Of a DNA stretch of 64,000 bases, positions 47,670-61,000 are shown in pieces; positions within the stretch are counted from its first letter, which is position 1, and each line of letters opens with the position of its first letter. Position numbers and translations under genes: made by a program. The stretch is taken from positions 33,294,001 to 33,358,000 of the forward strand of contig NC_047062.1 of the NCBI RefSeq assembly GCF_902459465.1, given 5' to 3'. The notes under the pieces were generated by a model, which made no database searches, was not told where the DNA came from, and saw nothing but the letters and a program-made list of their open reading frames with translations. The stretch comes from Asterias rubens (taxonomy: Eukaryota).

Positions 47670-50600
47670 GAGAGCTCAACATGAATATTGTTCTCATGAG
47701 TGATAGGTCATGACCTGGTTACATCAGCAATATCCATTGTTTACTCCCTAATGTATTGTGACGGAACTCGAGAATGTGTGTATTTCCGCCCATTACATCC
47801 TGCAAGAAATGTTAACAGATTTTAACACCAAGTAGAAGTCATCGATCTAGCATTAAGGACAAGTATTCACTTGTATTATTGTGTCATAGTTGACTTTATA
47901 CATGTAGAATAACACATGTTAAAAACTGCTTCACAAAGTCATTGTGGTGTGACAAGCGGCCAGGGTAGTATTTGACCGATATCCATTACCAAACTTCCTC
48001 ACTTTCCCAACCCCTTTGCTGTTTTCAAGTCGGCCTCAACATAATTTTGTTTCAAGCTTTTTTGTAGAAGTTTCAGAAGTACCAATGATTGGGTTTCAAT
48101 GAACTTCCATATCGAAATTAGTTTACCCAAGACAAGAAATCAGAAGCCTTGAATGGCAGTAGGTAGACAGGGTAGAGAAATGGCTAGTCAGTCTGAAAAC
48201 TAAACCAGTATGCCATCCTTTGTATTAAAGTTTTGGAAGGCAGCTAGGTTCAAGTTCACACAAGGACCAATGGTTATCTAGTGATTGTACGGTGACATCG
48301 CTGGGTATGCGCACAGTTGAAGTGTGAAGGACTCTAGGCACGTCATGTCAAAGCAAATGGCGGCATAACGTACTCTATCATTTTCAGATAACTGGTTCAC
48401 TCTGCACTGTACTATGAAAACGGCTATTGATAACCAGAGATGCGACCACGCCCAGTAGGCTGGTACGAAATAGTTGACTAGCGTATTCAAACTGTCGTCG
48501 ACTAGACAGATATCAGGCGAACGTAGTCGGACAATGGTCAAGGATAGTTCTTGCACGAACTTGGCCAAGGTAGCAACTGATTGTATTGACTACTTTTAAT
48601 GAAGTCTATTTAAAGACAGTTATTCAAAGATAACACAAAGAACTGGACACAAGACCTTTTTACATGTATATGGCTGTTCCATGCATGTTACTTTTTATTA
48701 TTAAATAAAAGTTGTACAAACACTTTCTGTAAACTTCCAATGTTCATGTTTATTTTTCCTTGAGATTACAATACAATTTAACAGTGCACATTTGTCATGG
48801 GACATAATGAATTTTGTTTGCTTATTTCAAAAGGAAAAACAAGCCTGCCAAGTAAACGGATAGATTTGTTTTGATTTGTTACTTATATGAAATGAACATA
48901 TATAGTTCTATATATGAGGACTATATTACAGTATATATATAAATATATATATATACGTTATGCACAAAATGCATTGTGAATTAGATCACACATTTGTGTG
49001 CAGAGCTTCTTTTAAAAATAAAAAATAAAAAAAAATAAAAAATTAAACTGACAATGTACATGCGTAGATTAAACTAAATAAAATGTACATAACAAAAATA
49101 ATTTGACGGTAATGTACAGCGAACACAAATGGCTACATACCTTGGAGCCACTCTGTCCTTTGCATAATGTTATTTTAAACAAAACTTCAATGCAGCTGTG
49201 TGATCACACATAAATTTTGTTACAAATTCCTGAGTTTTTGACTCAGAATATGTAACATGAAGGAAACAAGCAGCAATTTAATCACATTCATAGCAGAAAG
49301 CAAAGCAGGACATCTTCAAAACATCAACAATAAAAAACACAAATATATATACAGGCAGCTTATTGTCAGCTCAAATAAAAAACCTGCTGTCGTTACAACT
49401 GCAGATAACCGACGCTCCAAACCAGAACAAAAAAACTTCCATTGAAATGTGCCTTCTCAAATCTCCGATTCTCGTGTCACACAACCATCACTTAACAAAA
49501 AATACCAACAGAAACAACCCACAAACCTCAGTCAATGGCAACATTGTCAAAAATCAAACAAAAAAGACATCTTTAAGACCCAAGAAAGTCTTAGCAAACT
49601 TAAAGTTTGCCATGTCACACTGGCAATAAAGTCTTGCTGGCAAGCAAGATAAGAAAGAATAACCCCTTCACATTATGTTTACCTAATTGGTACCATTTTA
49701 TAGGAACCTCTCCATTTATAAGAATGTCTTTTTAATATTTATTAACAATACAACAGAGATATGATTACTTTTTATAAAAATGAAATAAAAAATATAAGCT
49801 ACTCAAATTAAAACATTAGACTATATTAAAAACAACCTGGACTGAATTTCAGAGCGCTGGTTACTGTGGAACTATGTACTTCCAGAACCATGTAGTGCAG
49901 TACCATGAAATTGGGCCAGATATGGTTGCCATAACAATTGGTGGTAATGTTAACAAAACAAAATCAATGAATACATGTATATTCTAAAAAGACGAGTTGC
50001 TCGTCCTAACTTAGCACTAGCCCTAAGTTTTTAACATCTCCCAGGACTAGTCCTAATTTAAGAATAGTCTGAACTCTTTGTGAAATCCACCCCAGGATTA
50101 CAAACACGCTAAGCAGATCATCACCACAAATCACTGCTCCCCACTCAACTAGCAATAATTAACTCAAGGATCATTTTCCCTGGTAGTGTTGTTAAAGTAG
50201 TAAGCAATCCACTTAGCATTTGTGACTCTGCTAAGCGAGTTTATGACCCGTTTGTTGGCTGGTCAACAGATCACTGGAGGAACAGATCAATTAAAGCCAG
50301 GAAAGGGGAGAGTGAGTCAGGAAACATAGAAATCAATTTTGGAAAGACAACTTTGTTAAGTAAACACCTGTTTCTCAACAAAATATTATCCCCTGGCTAA
50401 ATTTAAGCTGTAATCCATGATGACTAAAGGCCCTCATTTGAGGCTGTTTGAAAGCTTCCTAATAACCTTCAATGATTACTAAGAACCTGCCCCAAAAAAC
50501 AATAAGTTATCCTGCTTAACCCTCAGAAATAGAACACGGAGAATGATGAGCTCTATGCAGGCTCTCTATGTCAGCTAGGGTGGATTTTACAGAGAGTTAA

Positions 50601-51094
50601 GACTAGTCTTATCTTGAGTGAGGACGAGTTACTAGCTTTAACTTGGAACTTTCTTTGTGAAATTGACCCAGGTGGACATAGAGTATCAAATACTTTGTGA
50701 CATGCTTAAAATAGCATCCTGCATTAATTGTCTCAAAGCAAATTAACATTAAAATCCTGACACACACAACATTCTCCGAGTTCTGTTTCTAGGGTTAAGT
50801 CATACCTTTGGATCGAAGGATCAATTTGAACTATACAAAATACTGTCTATGCTTGAACCGTTTGATCTTGGTTAAGTTATTATATTTATCTTAATAAAAA
50901 ATAATATTACTATCTGCATTGGAAGTCAATGTAACCATTTGGAGCTTTCTCTTTTGGACAAAATATATTACTGTTTGAAACCCATTTAAAAGCATGTATA
51001 TACTTTTGAATGGGAAAATATTTACTGTTTACATGATTTCAATGTTTGTTATCAAAATAAAGTCACTTTCAAAAAGTAGCTTCTACTAAGGGAG

Positions 51095-51201
51095 TAGCCC
51101 ACCTTGTTGAGCTATATGACTCTCTTTTAACATCGGTATGACGACTATAATATAAGACTAATGAATCAAAGAGAGCCATAACAGCCAAACAAGGTGGCCT
51201 A
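51095..51201. mobile_element. 107-bp hairpin MITE with a 9-bp target-site duplication
   Basis: About 30-bp imperfect TIRs (TAGCCCACCTTGTTGAGCTATATGACTCTCTTT / AAAGAGAGCCATAACAGCCAAACAAGGTGGCCTA) flanked by CTAAGGGAG at 51086-51094 and 51202-51210. Confidence 0.8.
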
Positions 51202-54200
51202 CTAAGGGAGATCTGATTGTTTTATGTTGTTTGTTTCGGATTGAACAATAAAAGAGATCTCTTAATCATTGTTTATATTTAAAATATTCCAAACCAAAAG
51301 TATATACACGCTGTAAGGTAGGAAGGTCTAGTTCGGGCTGACGTTATTCATGTAGGACACATAATGTGTGTGTAAATGGGGACAGAAGCACATCATAACA
51401 ATCTTCTTGTTTGTTTCGCAACGACCAACAGGGGATGGGTTTAAGGCGTGGGATGTTGCAATCCCCGCCTTCCCCCTCCCTCAACCACCCACCCACCCAC
51501 CACTAACACTACATGACGTCATTATATCGTGGAAGTGTTTGCTCCATAAGGGGATAGACAGTTATAAATACTCCAAGTTTGTTTTTTTGACGTTGTCTTA
51601 AAGTTACCTACAAGAATTGAGAATTCAGGCCAAGACATTAACAGATCTATAATTAACAATGATGATTAATTTCAAAAGACTTTGCAAAAAAGTGGATTAC
51701 ATAATTGTAAGGTGATACAACTGGATTAATGAGCCAGTAATTACAGAACAGGTCTGTAATTTTGCATATTTTTTGTATTTTTTTGATTAATGTTATAGCA
51801 TAAAAAATATCTCTGTACATTTATATATATATTTATATATATCTCTGTTGATAAAGCAAAAATAATTTTGTGACATCTAAGATCTTTTTCTTCTTCTCTT
51901 TTTAACTTGACTTAAATTTACATTTGCTCTCAAATGTATTTTCTGATGTTGAAACAAACTAAGGATAGAGGTTTTACATTTTGTTTGTCTTTGTTTGTCG
52001 CAAGAGCTGTTCCGTTGTACGCACGAAAAAGTGGAGCTGTGTCTGTCAATAAAGGAAGTTGCGCAATCAAGCAAACACTAGTCTGGCTCCATCTGTGTTG
52101 ACTTCATTGTGTCTCCACAGCTAGGCAGATGAACAAGATCAACTCAATTTTTCTAGCCAGACATTGCTCCTTACTTCCTCCCAGCGCAGGAAACTATTCA
52201 CCAAACATCCTGATCAGAAACATCTTACTTCAAGAGCTTGTTTCATTGTTGTGTGAGCACGATCAAACAAGTGATTAGAAAACATTGCAGAACCCATGTC
52301 ACATGAAGAAACATAAAAGAAGCAGACATTTTGATTCCGACTTTGGAGGAAAAGGACTTCTAGAAAAACGCCTCACGTCTTGATTGATAATCTTCAGTAA
52401 GACACGAGGGAGCGTTATTATGAATTACACAGCGTTGCAGGACGTTCTAGTTTCCCATTTTCTGATGATCTCATGGTGTGACAGGAACCAAGTCTTTTGT
52501 ACATCGTTACTAATACATGTAATCGCTGTGACTCAATTTGATAAAATATACTCTGGGTATTACAGCCAACCCTTCGATGACAGAGGCATTCAAAGGGGAA
52601 ATGGCCAGTTACTCTTTGTACATAATCGCCAGGAAAAAAATATATATCAAATGTACAACGGCCATAAATGCATTGACTTAAACTGGATTGGGTTGCCAAT
52701 AAAGAAGTAACATTTCAACTTTAATAAACAACAGGAGGACTTGTAAACCATATGTAATGTTTGCATTTCTTGCACTGGTCACTTCATAATAGTTTTGTTT
52801 ATGGATAAAGTATAAATGCATCTAAGTTGTGACACATAAAAGTTTTTTAACGCTTTATAAAAAACAACATTGAATTCCAAATTGTCTGCAAGCTGGAGGC
52901 AAAAACAAAAAAAACAAGACCGAAAAAAATAAATAAAGAAAGAAAACAAATTATCGCACCAAATCTGATGGTAAGTAAATGGAAGCAGTAAGCGTAATAT
53001 ACAACGGTATTTATAAACATTTTGAAGTGCTTCAAATTAATAATGAAATATAATAATTAAATGTTACATGCATTGGCACTATGTTGTTTGACAGGTTTAA
53101 ACAGCGATAGACAATGGCCTTTACTGTCAATCAGGATCACATGTAAATGTCAGATTAGATGTGAAGTGCACAGGCCATTGAAATAGAACAAAGAGAATGC
53201 TGAGCTCAGTTGTCGTCTGTGTCTACTTTGAGCGCCCTCTATGTCATAGAGTGGACATAGAGTAACTATACCATATGACATGTCAGCATGGCAAAATTAA
53301 CCAGATCAACCAATGGGAAAGCTGAAGTTAGCCAAAGAGCTAAAATTGCAGCATGTATGATTTTCCTCAAAGCAGACACACACAGCATTCTTCAAGTTAT
53401 ATTTTTACGGTAATAAGGCCGTGTCGTTTCTGACATGGCCCAACACATTAATGGAGTTTAGAATGGTGCTCGACCAACAGACACTCTTAAAACACAAGCA
53501 GCAGCACCCAAGTCTAATGAATGTGAATAAGTACCCAGACTGACACGTCAGAATCAAACTCCATTTTACCAGAGATGTAACTTGACTATGAGGAACTAAA
53601 TGACACTTTATTATTTGAGATATCCGGAATAACACATCACATGTGTATTTTCGCTGTTTAGATCAACACAGGTTTGTTATCAATGCCCACAAAATTGTAA
53701 ATTGACAAAGCTTTTCTGAGATATTGGTTTTTGTGTGGCTTGATTTGGTGTCATCTTCTACACAACGTGTTACTTCAAATATGTACATTGTACATAATAA
53801 CTTTTCCTTAATTGCTATGAGTTGCTTATACTCTTGGTGAAATCAATAATTCAAGTTTTTCAACAAAAAAGAAGATGGAATTCTTGTAACAAAAATGTAA
53901 ACATAGTTGTCTTGGTGTGAAGTTTCCTTTTTGTCGGAGGATTGTTGTTATAAATTTATCTTTACATCGTTGAAAAGTTCTCTTTGACAAGTTAATTAAA
54001 TGAATAACCGATTTAATATGTATCCTCAAAGACAATCCGAGCATGGACAAGTAACTGTCTAAGATAGAAATTGAAACTGAATCAAAAAGCCGAGACCCAA
54101 ACAATAATGTAAACTTTAGTGATGACTTAAGGACACTTTGACTTCTCTGCTACTTCAACCTTTCAACTATGAACAAGCACCCTTTGAACCCATTGTGGAG

Positions 54201-54262
54201 TCCATTCGACATAGGTGATGGGAAAACACACACTCCATGGGTGATTGGACAAGTACACATAT

Positions 54263-54790
54263 GAAATCCCACAGGAGCCCAATCAATATGGGTGATGGGA
54301 TAAACACCCAGTAGAAATTTCACAGGAGCCCAATCCATATGGGCAATAGGTAAAGCACCCAGTAGAAATCCCACAGGAGCCCAATCCATACGGGTGATGG
54401 GTAAAGCACCCAGTAGAAATCCCACAGGAGCCCAATCCATATGGGCAATAGGTAAAGCACCCATGAAAAATCCCACAGGAGCCCAATCCATACGGGTGAT
54501 GGGTAAAGCACCCAGTAGAAATCCCACAGGAGCCCAATCCATATGGGCAATAGGTAAAGCACCCAGTAGAAATCCCACAGGAGCCCAATCCATACGGGTG
54601 ATGGGTAAAGCACCCAGTAGAAATCCCACAGGAGCCCAATCCATATGGGCAATAGGTAAAGCACCCAGTAGAAATCCCACAGGAGCCCAATCCATACGGG
54701 TGATGGGTAAAACACCCAGTAGAGATCCCACAGGAGCCCAATCCACATGGGCGATAGGAGAAGCACCCATGAAAAATCCCACATGAGCCC
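54263..54790. repeat. 51-bp minisatellite, about 10 units, alternating A/B variants (102-bp higher-order repeat)
   Basis: GTAGAAATCCCACAGGAGCCCAATCCAT[ATGGGCAATAGG/ACGGGTGATGGG]TAAAGCACCCA recurs at 54311, 54362, 54413 and onward, with degenerate flanks out to about 54210 and 54850. Confidence 0.95.
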
Positions 54791-56629
54791 ACTCGCCACT
54801 CCATGTGGGTGACGGGAGGAGCACCCAGCAACCAGTAGAAATCCACCTAGGCAATGGGATAAGGGTGATTTGAGGGAGACAGGGTACCAGCTTGATAAAC
54901 ACAACGATTCCTCCTGAGACTGCATTGAGCACAGCAACACAATAAAACACCAACCGCTACAACCATGACTAAATACAGTTCACATTCAAGTGGAAGCACC
55001 AAACGAAAAAATGGGGGTCCAAAAAATGTAACTGGAGAAAAAAGACTTTAGTAAAATGCTATTTGCATTTGACTTTTGTATAGAAAATAAACTCTTTTTG
55101 TTCTAATGTAATTCCAACATTCACACATGCTTTCTGTTATAGTCGTGTCTGTCTCATAGATTCAGTAACATTCTCATTGTGACAAAAAAATACAATGTAG
55201 TTGATTATTTTTGAAAATAATACGTCTGCTTCTAGATACAAGACTTAAGTATATTAGCCTGCCATTAAACTTACAAATTACAAAAAAGTGTTTAATACCG
55301 CACCGTAACGAATACTATCAGAGCAATTAGTCTGTCTCTGGGTTTGCCCCTCTAACTTTTCAAGTTCAGTAGCAAAGCAAAGCAAACTAAATGTACAAAA
55401 ACAAACGTGGAGCAATTTGATGCGTCCGCAACAAGCAACTAATTATAAACAGAGGTTTTTACTTATTATCTTTTAACTTTACAATGATAAATGCTTCTAA
55501 TTTACCTATTTATGTACAAGTTTTGTATTTTACATTATTACATAATTTGTATAGCCTCTGTGACATTTAAAAAAGAAAACTTTTAAAAAATGAAAACAAA
55601 ATAGGCAAAAGATATGACGCAAACTTTAGTTTTTGTTACGGTTTGTTCTTACAAGTCGTGTCGTTAATTTCAATGTTGTCAGTTGCTTAAAAGTGTATAC
55701 AAATTTACACATAAAATTCTTACAAGAGAGTTTTGTCGATGTGTCATCTTGAGGTATCTACAAACCTACATGACTTACACCTCAAAACCCTACACGTCAT
55801 TTCTTGTCTTGTGTAGATCTGGCTTTTCTTGTACACTCTTTGAAAGCCAATGACCCTTTAGGAAAAGGCAAAGGACGTGGGGAATTTAAGCGATCAAAAC
55901 CGCAACAGAAATGAATTATAGAACACACCCAAATCCTTTAATTTGATTAAAGATACTTTCAGAAAAGTTAACGACCGAGCGTGGAGTGTTTCTTCCGAGC
56001 AAAGTCAGGAAACGGACAAGTTGATGCTAAATGGTTCCTGCTTCGGACTCCATTAAAATGAAAGTGCATACACATCAAAAGAGCCAGGGTAATTTAGCTC
56101 ATTCGTTAACCTACTTCAAGATAAGGTGTTTTTATAGCATTGCAGTTCCTGAAATTGTCTGCATTTCCTATCCAAAGTGTCAAAGACACTTGCTCTTTCA
56201 TATTCATACTTGAACAAGTATTATTCAAAAGTCGTTGATTTGTTTACTTTTATTTTCCGTGTTTTTCTCGTTAAGCCAACTGTTTTTCAAGTCAATGAAT
56301 TTTGATACCAATGTAAGAAACTGCCAAGCTTAATATTGGCTCACACTAATGTCGAAACTCATTGCTATTTCCTTGCAGATGCAAATTTTGGGTTTATTTT
56401 GAGGGAATGAACACTACAGTGGAACTGCAGAGTTCAATATGATAGTAAGGGTTTGGTCAATGTTTGTACAAGGACAGCCAGAATCATACACGTCAATATG
56501 GAGAAAGAATTAATGCATAACATTATGCATTCCTCTCGACATTATGACATCTTCAAATGAAAAGTTTGTATTTCTACAGACTAAATACACACTGCACCTT
56601 GAGGCATGATTATATACAATAGTGGGATG

Positions 56630-58061
56630 TCATATAGCTTTATGTTTTCCCCCACAGCACCCGCATTTTGTGCCACACATGTGGCAACATTTGAGTGGAA
56701 AATAGCACCATAGACAGGGGACAAACAGCGACAGGAACCCTAAGCTGAGCCATCGCTGACAAAAGTGGTCATCACCGGTGATATCACACGAGCATGGCTC
56801 AGAGAAATCGCCCTCGGCGTCAGACATGCAGTGGTACATCATGGTAGTAGCCGCTTGGATACAAGTGACCCTCCCTATACATCGTTCTGTCTCGTCGGGG
56901 GCGTCTGGGCATGTACCCCGTCTGTTCACCTCAGGATTGAAAAACTGTTGGCAGTGCACACACTTGACTTGATCCGAGGCCGGAATCGCTTTGAATGGCT
57001 TGACAGGTGGTGAAGGCGGCCTTGGCTGACTCGTAATCACCTTAAACTGATTCTTTTGCTTCTTGATATCGTCCTCTCCTTCCGATCCAAGCACTATCGG
57101 ATACATATACTCATGAATTTGTGGCGGCTTCTTGAGGATTTTCACATAAGGATCACTATTACCGTTCTCTCCGCTAAGACCATTGTTTCGCTGGGACTGG
57201 AACTCTGTGGCCTTCTTTGTCCAGATTGTTTCATGTCCAATGGAGGAATACTTTTTTGAGTTTGAGAGACGGCGTTCCTTGTCATCTTTGACTGGATTGG
57301 GTCGAGACACATAATGTACACGGTGTAATCTTTGTTGACTGATGTGATGGTTCAATTGAGGAGTGAAGTCTCTTGCTTGGGTGGGCTGCATAAGGATGTC
57401 TCGAAGACTCTCTCGATTCCCGGGGCCTGGAGTGTTTTGATATTCATGAACACTGGGATCCGATAGAAGGGGCTCCCCGACATGCTGCAAATCAAATAAC
57501 ACGTAAAATTATTATTTCTTGAAATACAAATCATTTAGAAACAATGAGCTGTACACAACACATTAAGCCATTTCACAACAAGGCCAGTCAAAGTTCACTT
57601 CCCCTTAACAGAAAAACACATCAAGTCCGTTCAGATTTAACAACTGTAGAACCCTGTGTCTTCCTCTGTTCAATTCTTAAATGTCTGAACATTACAGTAC
57701 CAAACAACACCTTGAAAAAATTATCATTTGCTGGTTGCCTGGTTGTGTGTTCAGATACTGGGATTCAATACAAGGTTTAGATGTCCTTGTGTCCAATATC
57801 CAAGGTAGTTTTTGAAACCCCAGCTAGGACTTGGACTTCATTAGTTATCTAGAAAACGTGTACTGTCCTTATAAGGTCTTTAAACAGGTTGGCCGAGCCC
57901 AAGCAAAAGCCTGTAAGTACACAACCCTCAAACAGCCTTGAAAGTGAACTTCATTCCCAAATCTATTGGAAGAGTTTGACTTACACTAGATGGAAATGAG
58001 TCAGGGTCGTCATCTACTTCATTGTCCGTTGATTGGTTGAGTGAGGACTCCGTCGATGCAC
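56630..58061 (-). CDS. SPRED: Sprouty-related EVH1 domain-containing protein, 3' part only (EVH1 exons lie beyond the window)
   Basis: Exons 58061-57985 (phase 1 to 0) and 57484-56630. Cys-rich SPR domain CVHCQQFFNPEVNRRGTCPDAPD..YHCMSDAEGDFSEPCSCD..PCLWCYFPLKCCHMCGTKCGCCGGKHKA, preceded by a KBD-like segment DPYVKI..HEYMYP..VITSQP. I found no EVH1-coding exon in 58100-64000. Confidence 0.93.
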
Positions 58062-61000
58062 CTACAGTAACGAGAATAAAAATAATAAAAAATGCTATTG
58101 AAAACCATACAATTTGATTTAAGATGCATAATTTCAGGCCTTGAACTTCACTCTTAAAGGGGCACAGCAATCTTCCTCCATCTAGTAAGGGGCACTCTAA
58201 GAGGAAATTGTAAATTTGTTTTGGAACTTTGCAAAGAACACCACAGCAAAAGCACAATGCATGATAGCGTTTGCTGTGTGTGGGCGCCGTGGGTTATTTT
58301 GAGGCCTGTGGTTTACAATTTTAGATCGCAAAACAAAAACCCTTTTCCGTTAGTTTGATTTAAGTTGATATAAACTTGAAGTCCTGCATTATGCCTGCAG
58401 TATTTGTTGTGTATTTTTGCATACATACAGACTTTAACCCACTTAAAGAGGGTTTTCAAGTGGGAATAGAATCTTTGTGATTTTCCTCAAGACATGTTAC
58501 CTCCCTGGGAACTTGGCGATAAGAAGTATCAAGTTTTCCATTCATTTCACTATGGGTATAGGGATGAATAAAACAGTAAAATAACACAGTAACTTATACC
58601 TCAGTCACCATTATTACTCTCTCTAGTTCTGAAAATAACTGAATATTTACTGAAGGTGGCTCATGTAAAATCTTCCTATTTATCTTTTTGCATAGTAATA
58701 TTAACAAGGTATGGAAAATCAACACAATGATTTGAAGTGATGCTAATAAAAAGTAAAACAAGAGAAAATTTTTCATTTAGTTTTTATACTATGTTGAAAC
58801 CGTTTCTTAGTATTCAATGTTTATGTTTATATAGTGGTTTGTACAATGTATCAATATTTGAAAAGTGTAAACAAAAATTTCAACTGTACTGCAAAATGAC
58901 TAAGTTGTGACTTTACATAATTATTTACTTTTCTTAGAAATAGAATGAGTCTGCAGTGTGGGTGTTGAAAAAGCCTCTATTTACTTTCAGTTACCGATAT
59001 CGGTTATCTTGGAAACACATGGAAACATGGCAGACGTGCAAACACGGACAAACATGGCAACACGCAATTTAACAAGAATGGATGTTACTACTAATAGTGC
59101 GAAATTTAATGATGTGTAATTTACCTCATTGAACTCTGTGACTAAACTCGAGAAGTCAGAATTTCAGTTTCGGCAGAAAACACATTTTTGTGTGTTTAAT
59201 CATTTTACTTTCTCTTTCACCAATAAACAATAGATTTGTTTCCCATCAATGATCATCATCATCATTACACTAAAAAATACTGATCCATTGGGTTCTATAA
59301 CGAAACCAAAAGAAATTATACATAAATATATGTACAATACATAACAAAATAGTGGCATTTTCAAAAGATATACGCAACAGTTCTTGGTGTGCTCTGGGCT
59401 GTTATTCATACTACTCATGTGACCTTTGACCTGATAGAAATAGTACAAGCACTGACATCACACTCTAGTGCAGTAAGACGGTCATCCCTTACTAGTTACT
59501 CTGTGGCAGTGTGGCCTAATGCATTAACTCAAAGAATCCTCAAGATATCGAGAGAGAGAAAAAAGAGGCAATCTGAAATGGCTATGATGCCCACTCCAGG
59601 CGATTTAAACTACATGTTCAAAGTTTTCTTTTTTTTTACTTTTAAGAGAACTAAGGAGTTTGCTCGAGGCGATTTGAGCTACATTTCTGAAGTTTCGGAG
59701 TGGTCGCTGTCTTTTTTTGTTTCCCAGGACAGCGTAGCATCAAATTGGCTTACAATGGAAGTAAAGTATCTTCCTTATATAGGGAGACGGTCTCCTGGGT
59801 GCTGGCAAGGAGTCAGTGGCCAGACAACAGGGACATCTCCTTCACTACTTAATGTGACACTGACGGTGAATAATTCACATCATGCTGGAACTTCAATGCT
59901 GCTAGGCTTTTTGTGTGGATTTTAAGCTGTGGTTGGGACTGGATAAATAATCACATGAAGTTATAAAGTGTGTGGAATACAATAGGATACTTGAATTATT
60001 AGAATGGTACACTAATCACCTTTAAGACTATCCCATTAGCAGATAGACCAAACAGTACACTAACACTGCCAGTGTCACTTCTTTCAAGAAGCATGTCAAG
60101 ATCTTAAGACATAATACCCATGAGACATCTACCTCTGTACTTTTGGTTTATGGCAACTTTTTTATGGTTAATGAAGTTGGCTTCCATGAGAGTTACATCA
60201 TGGAGGTAGAAATAGGAATGGAGATTTCAAGCCTGGAATTTCATCTTTGAAGGGGGGCAAGGCCATTTTCATTTCGAAAGGACACTTCCATTGGAAAATC
60301 TTAAAGTCTACGGAAACTTTTTTAAGGAAAGACCAGGGCAACAGAAGCCATTGAATCCAGTAGCCTCCGTGAAAATCCAAGCCTGATATTTTGCTCTTCT
60401 TGAAGTTTCAAAGCAGTAAAGCGAAGATTTTGGTCACAGTGAATGGTTTGTACACCAATCTTCTTACTACATGTACAAGACTCGAGGTCAAGCACAAGTG
60501 TCCATAGAGAGCTTGCCTGAAACCCCAAGGCTTATCAAATATGGACATATTACTTAGCTCATTACGTTGAAGAAAAACGGCCGGACTGGTCTGTCTGAAG
60601 CAAGAGGTGGGTTGAGATTAACAAGTCACTGACAGGCTTATTTATACGACCTACATGTATATTACATTACAAAACTACCCAAGTATAACTTTGGCTATGA
60701 TTATGACAAGTACTGGTCTCCAATTTCATCATGGAGAGGGCAAGGTCCTTTTCATTTTGCAAATGCCACTAAAAAGGTAATTCCAGTCCTGCATGTAGTT
60801 GATGATTTATTTATGTAATTCTTCAGCAAATAGCTCTGCAATTACAGCACAGAGTATCTGTTTTTTATAATGCTGTTCTGAGTACAATAAATGAATAAGG
60901 TCTATACCATACATTCCCTATTGTGAAATTAAGTCACAGTAAGTGCACCTATTCAAGTTTAGCAGGCCTAGACATACATGAAGGCCACGCAGGCCATGGC

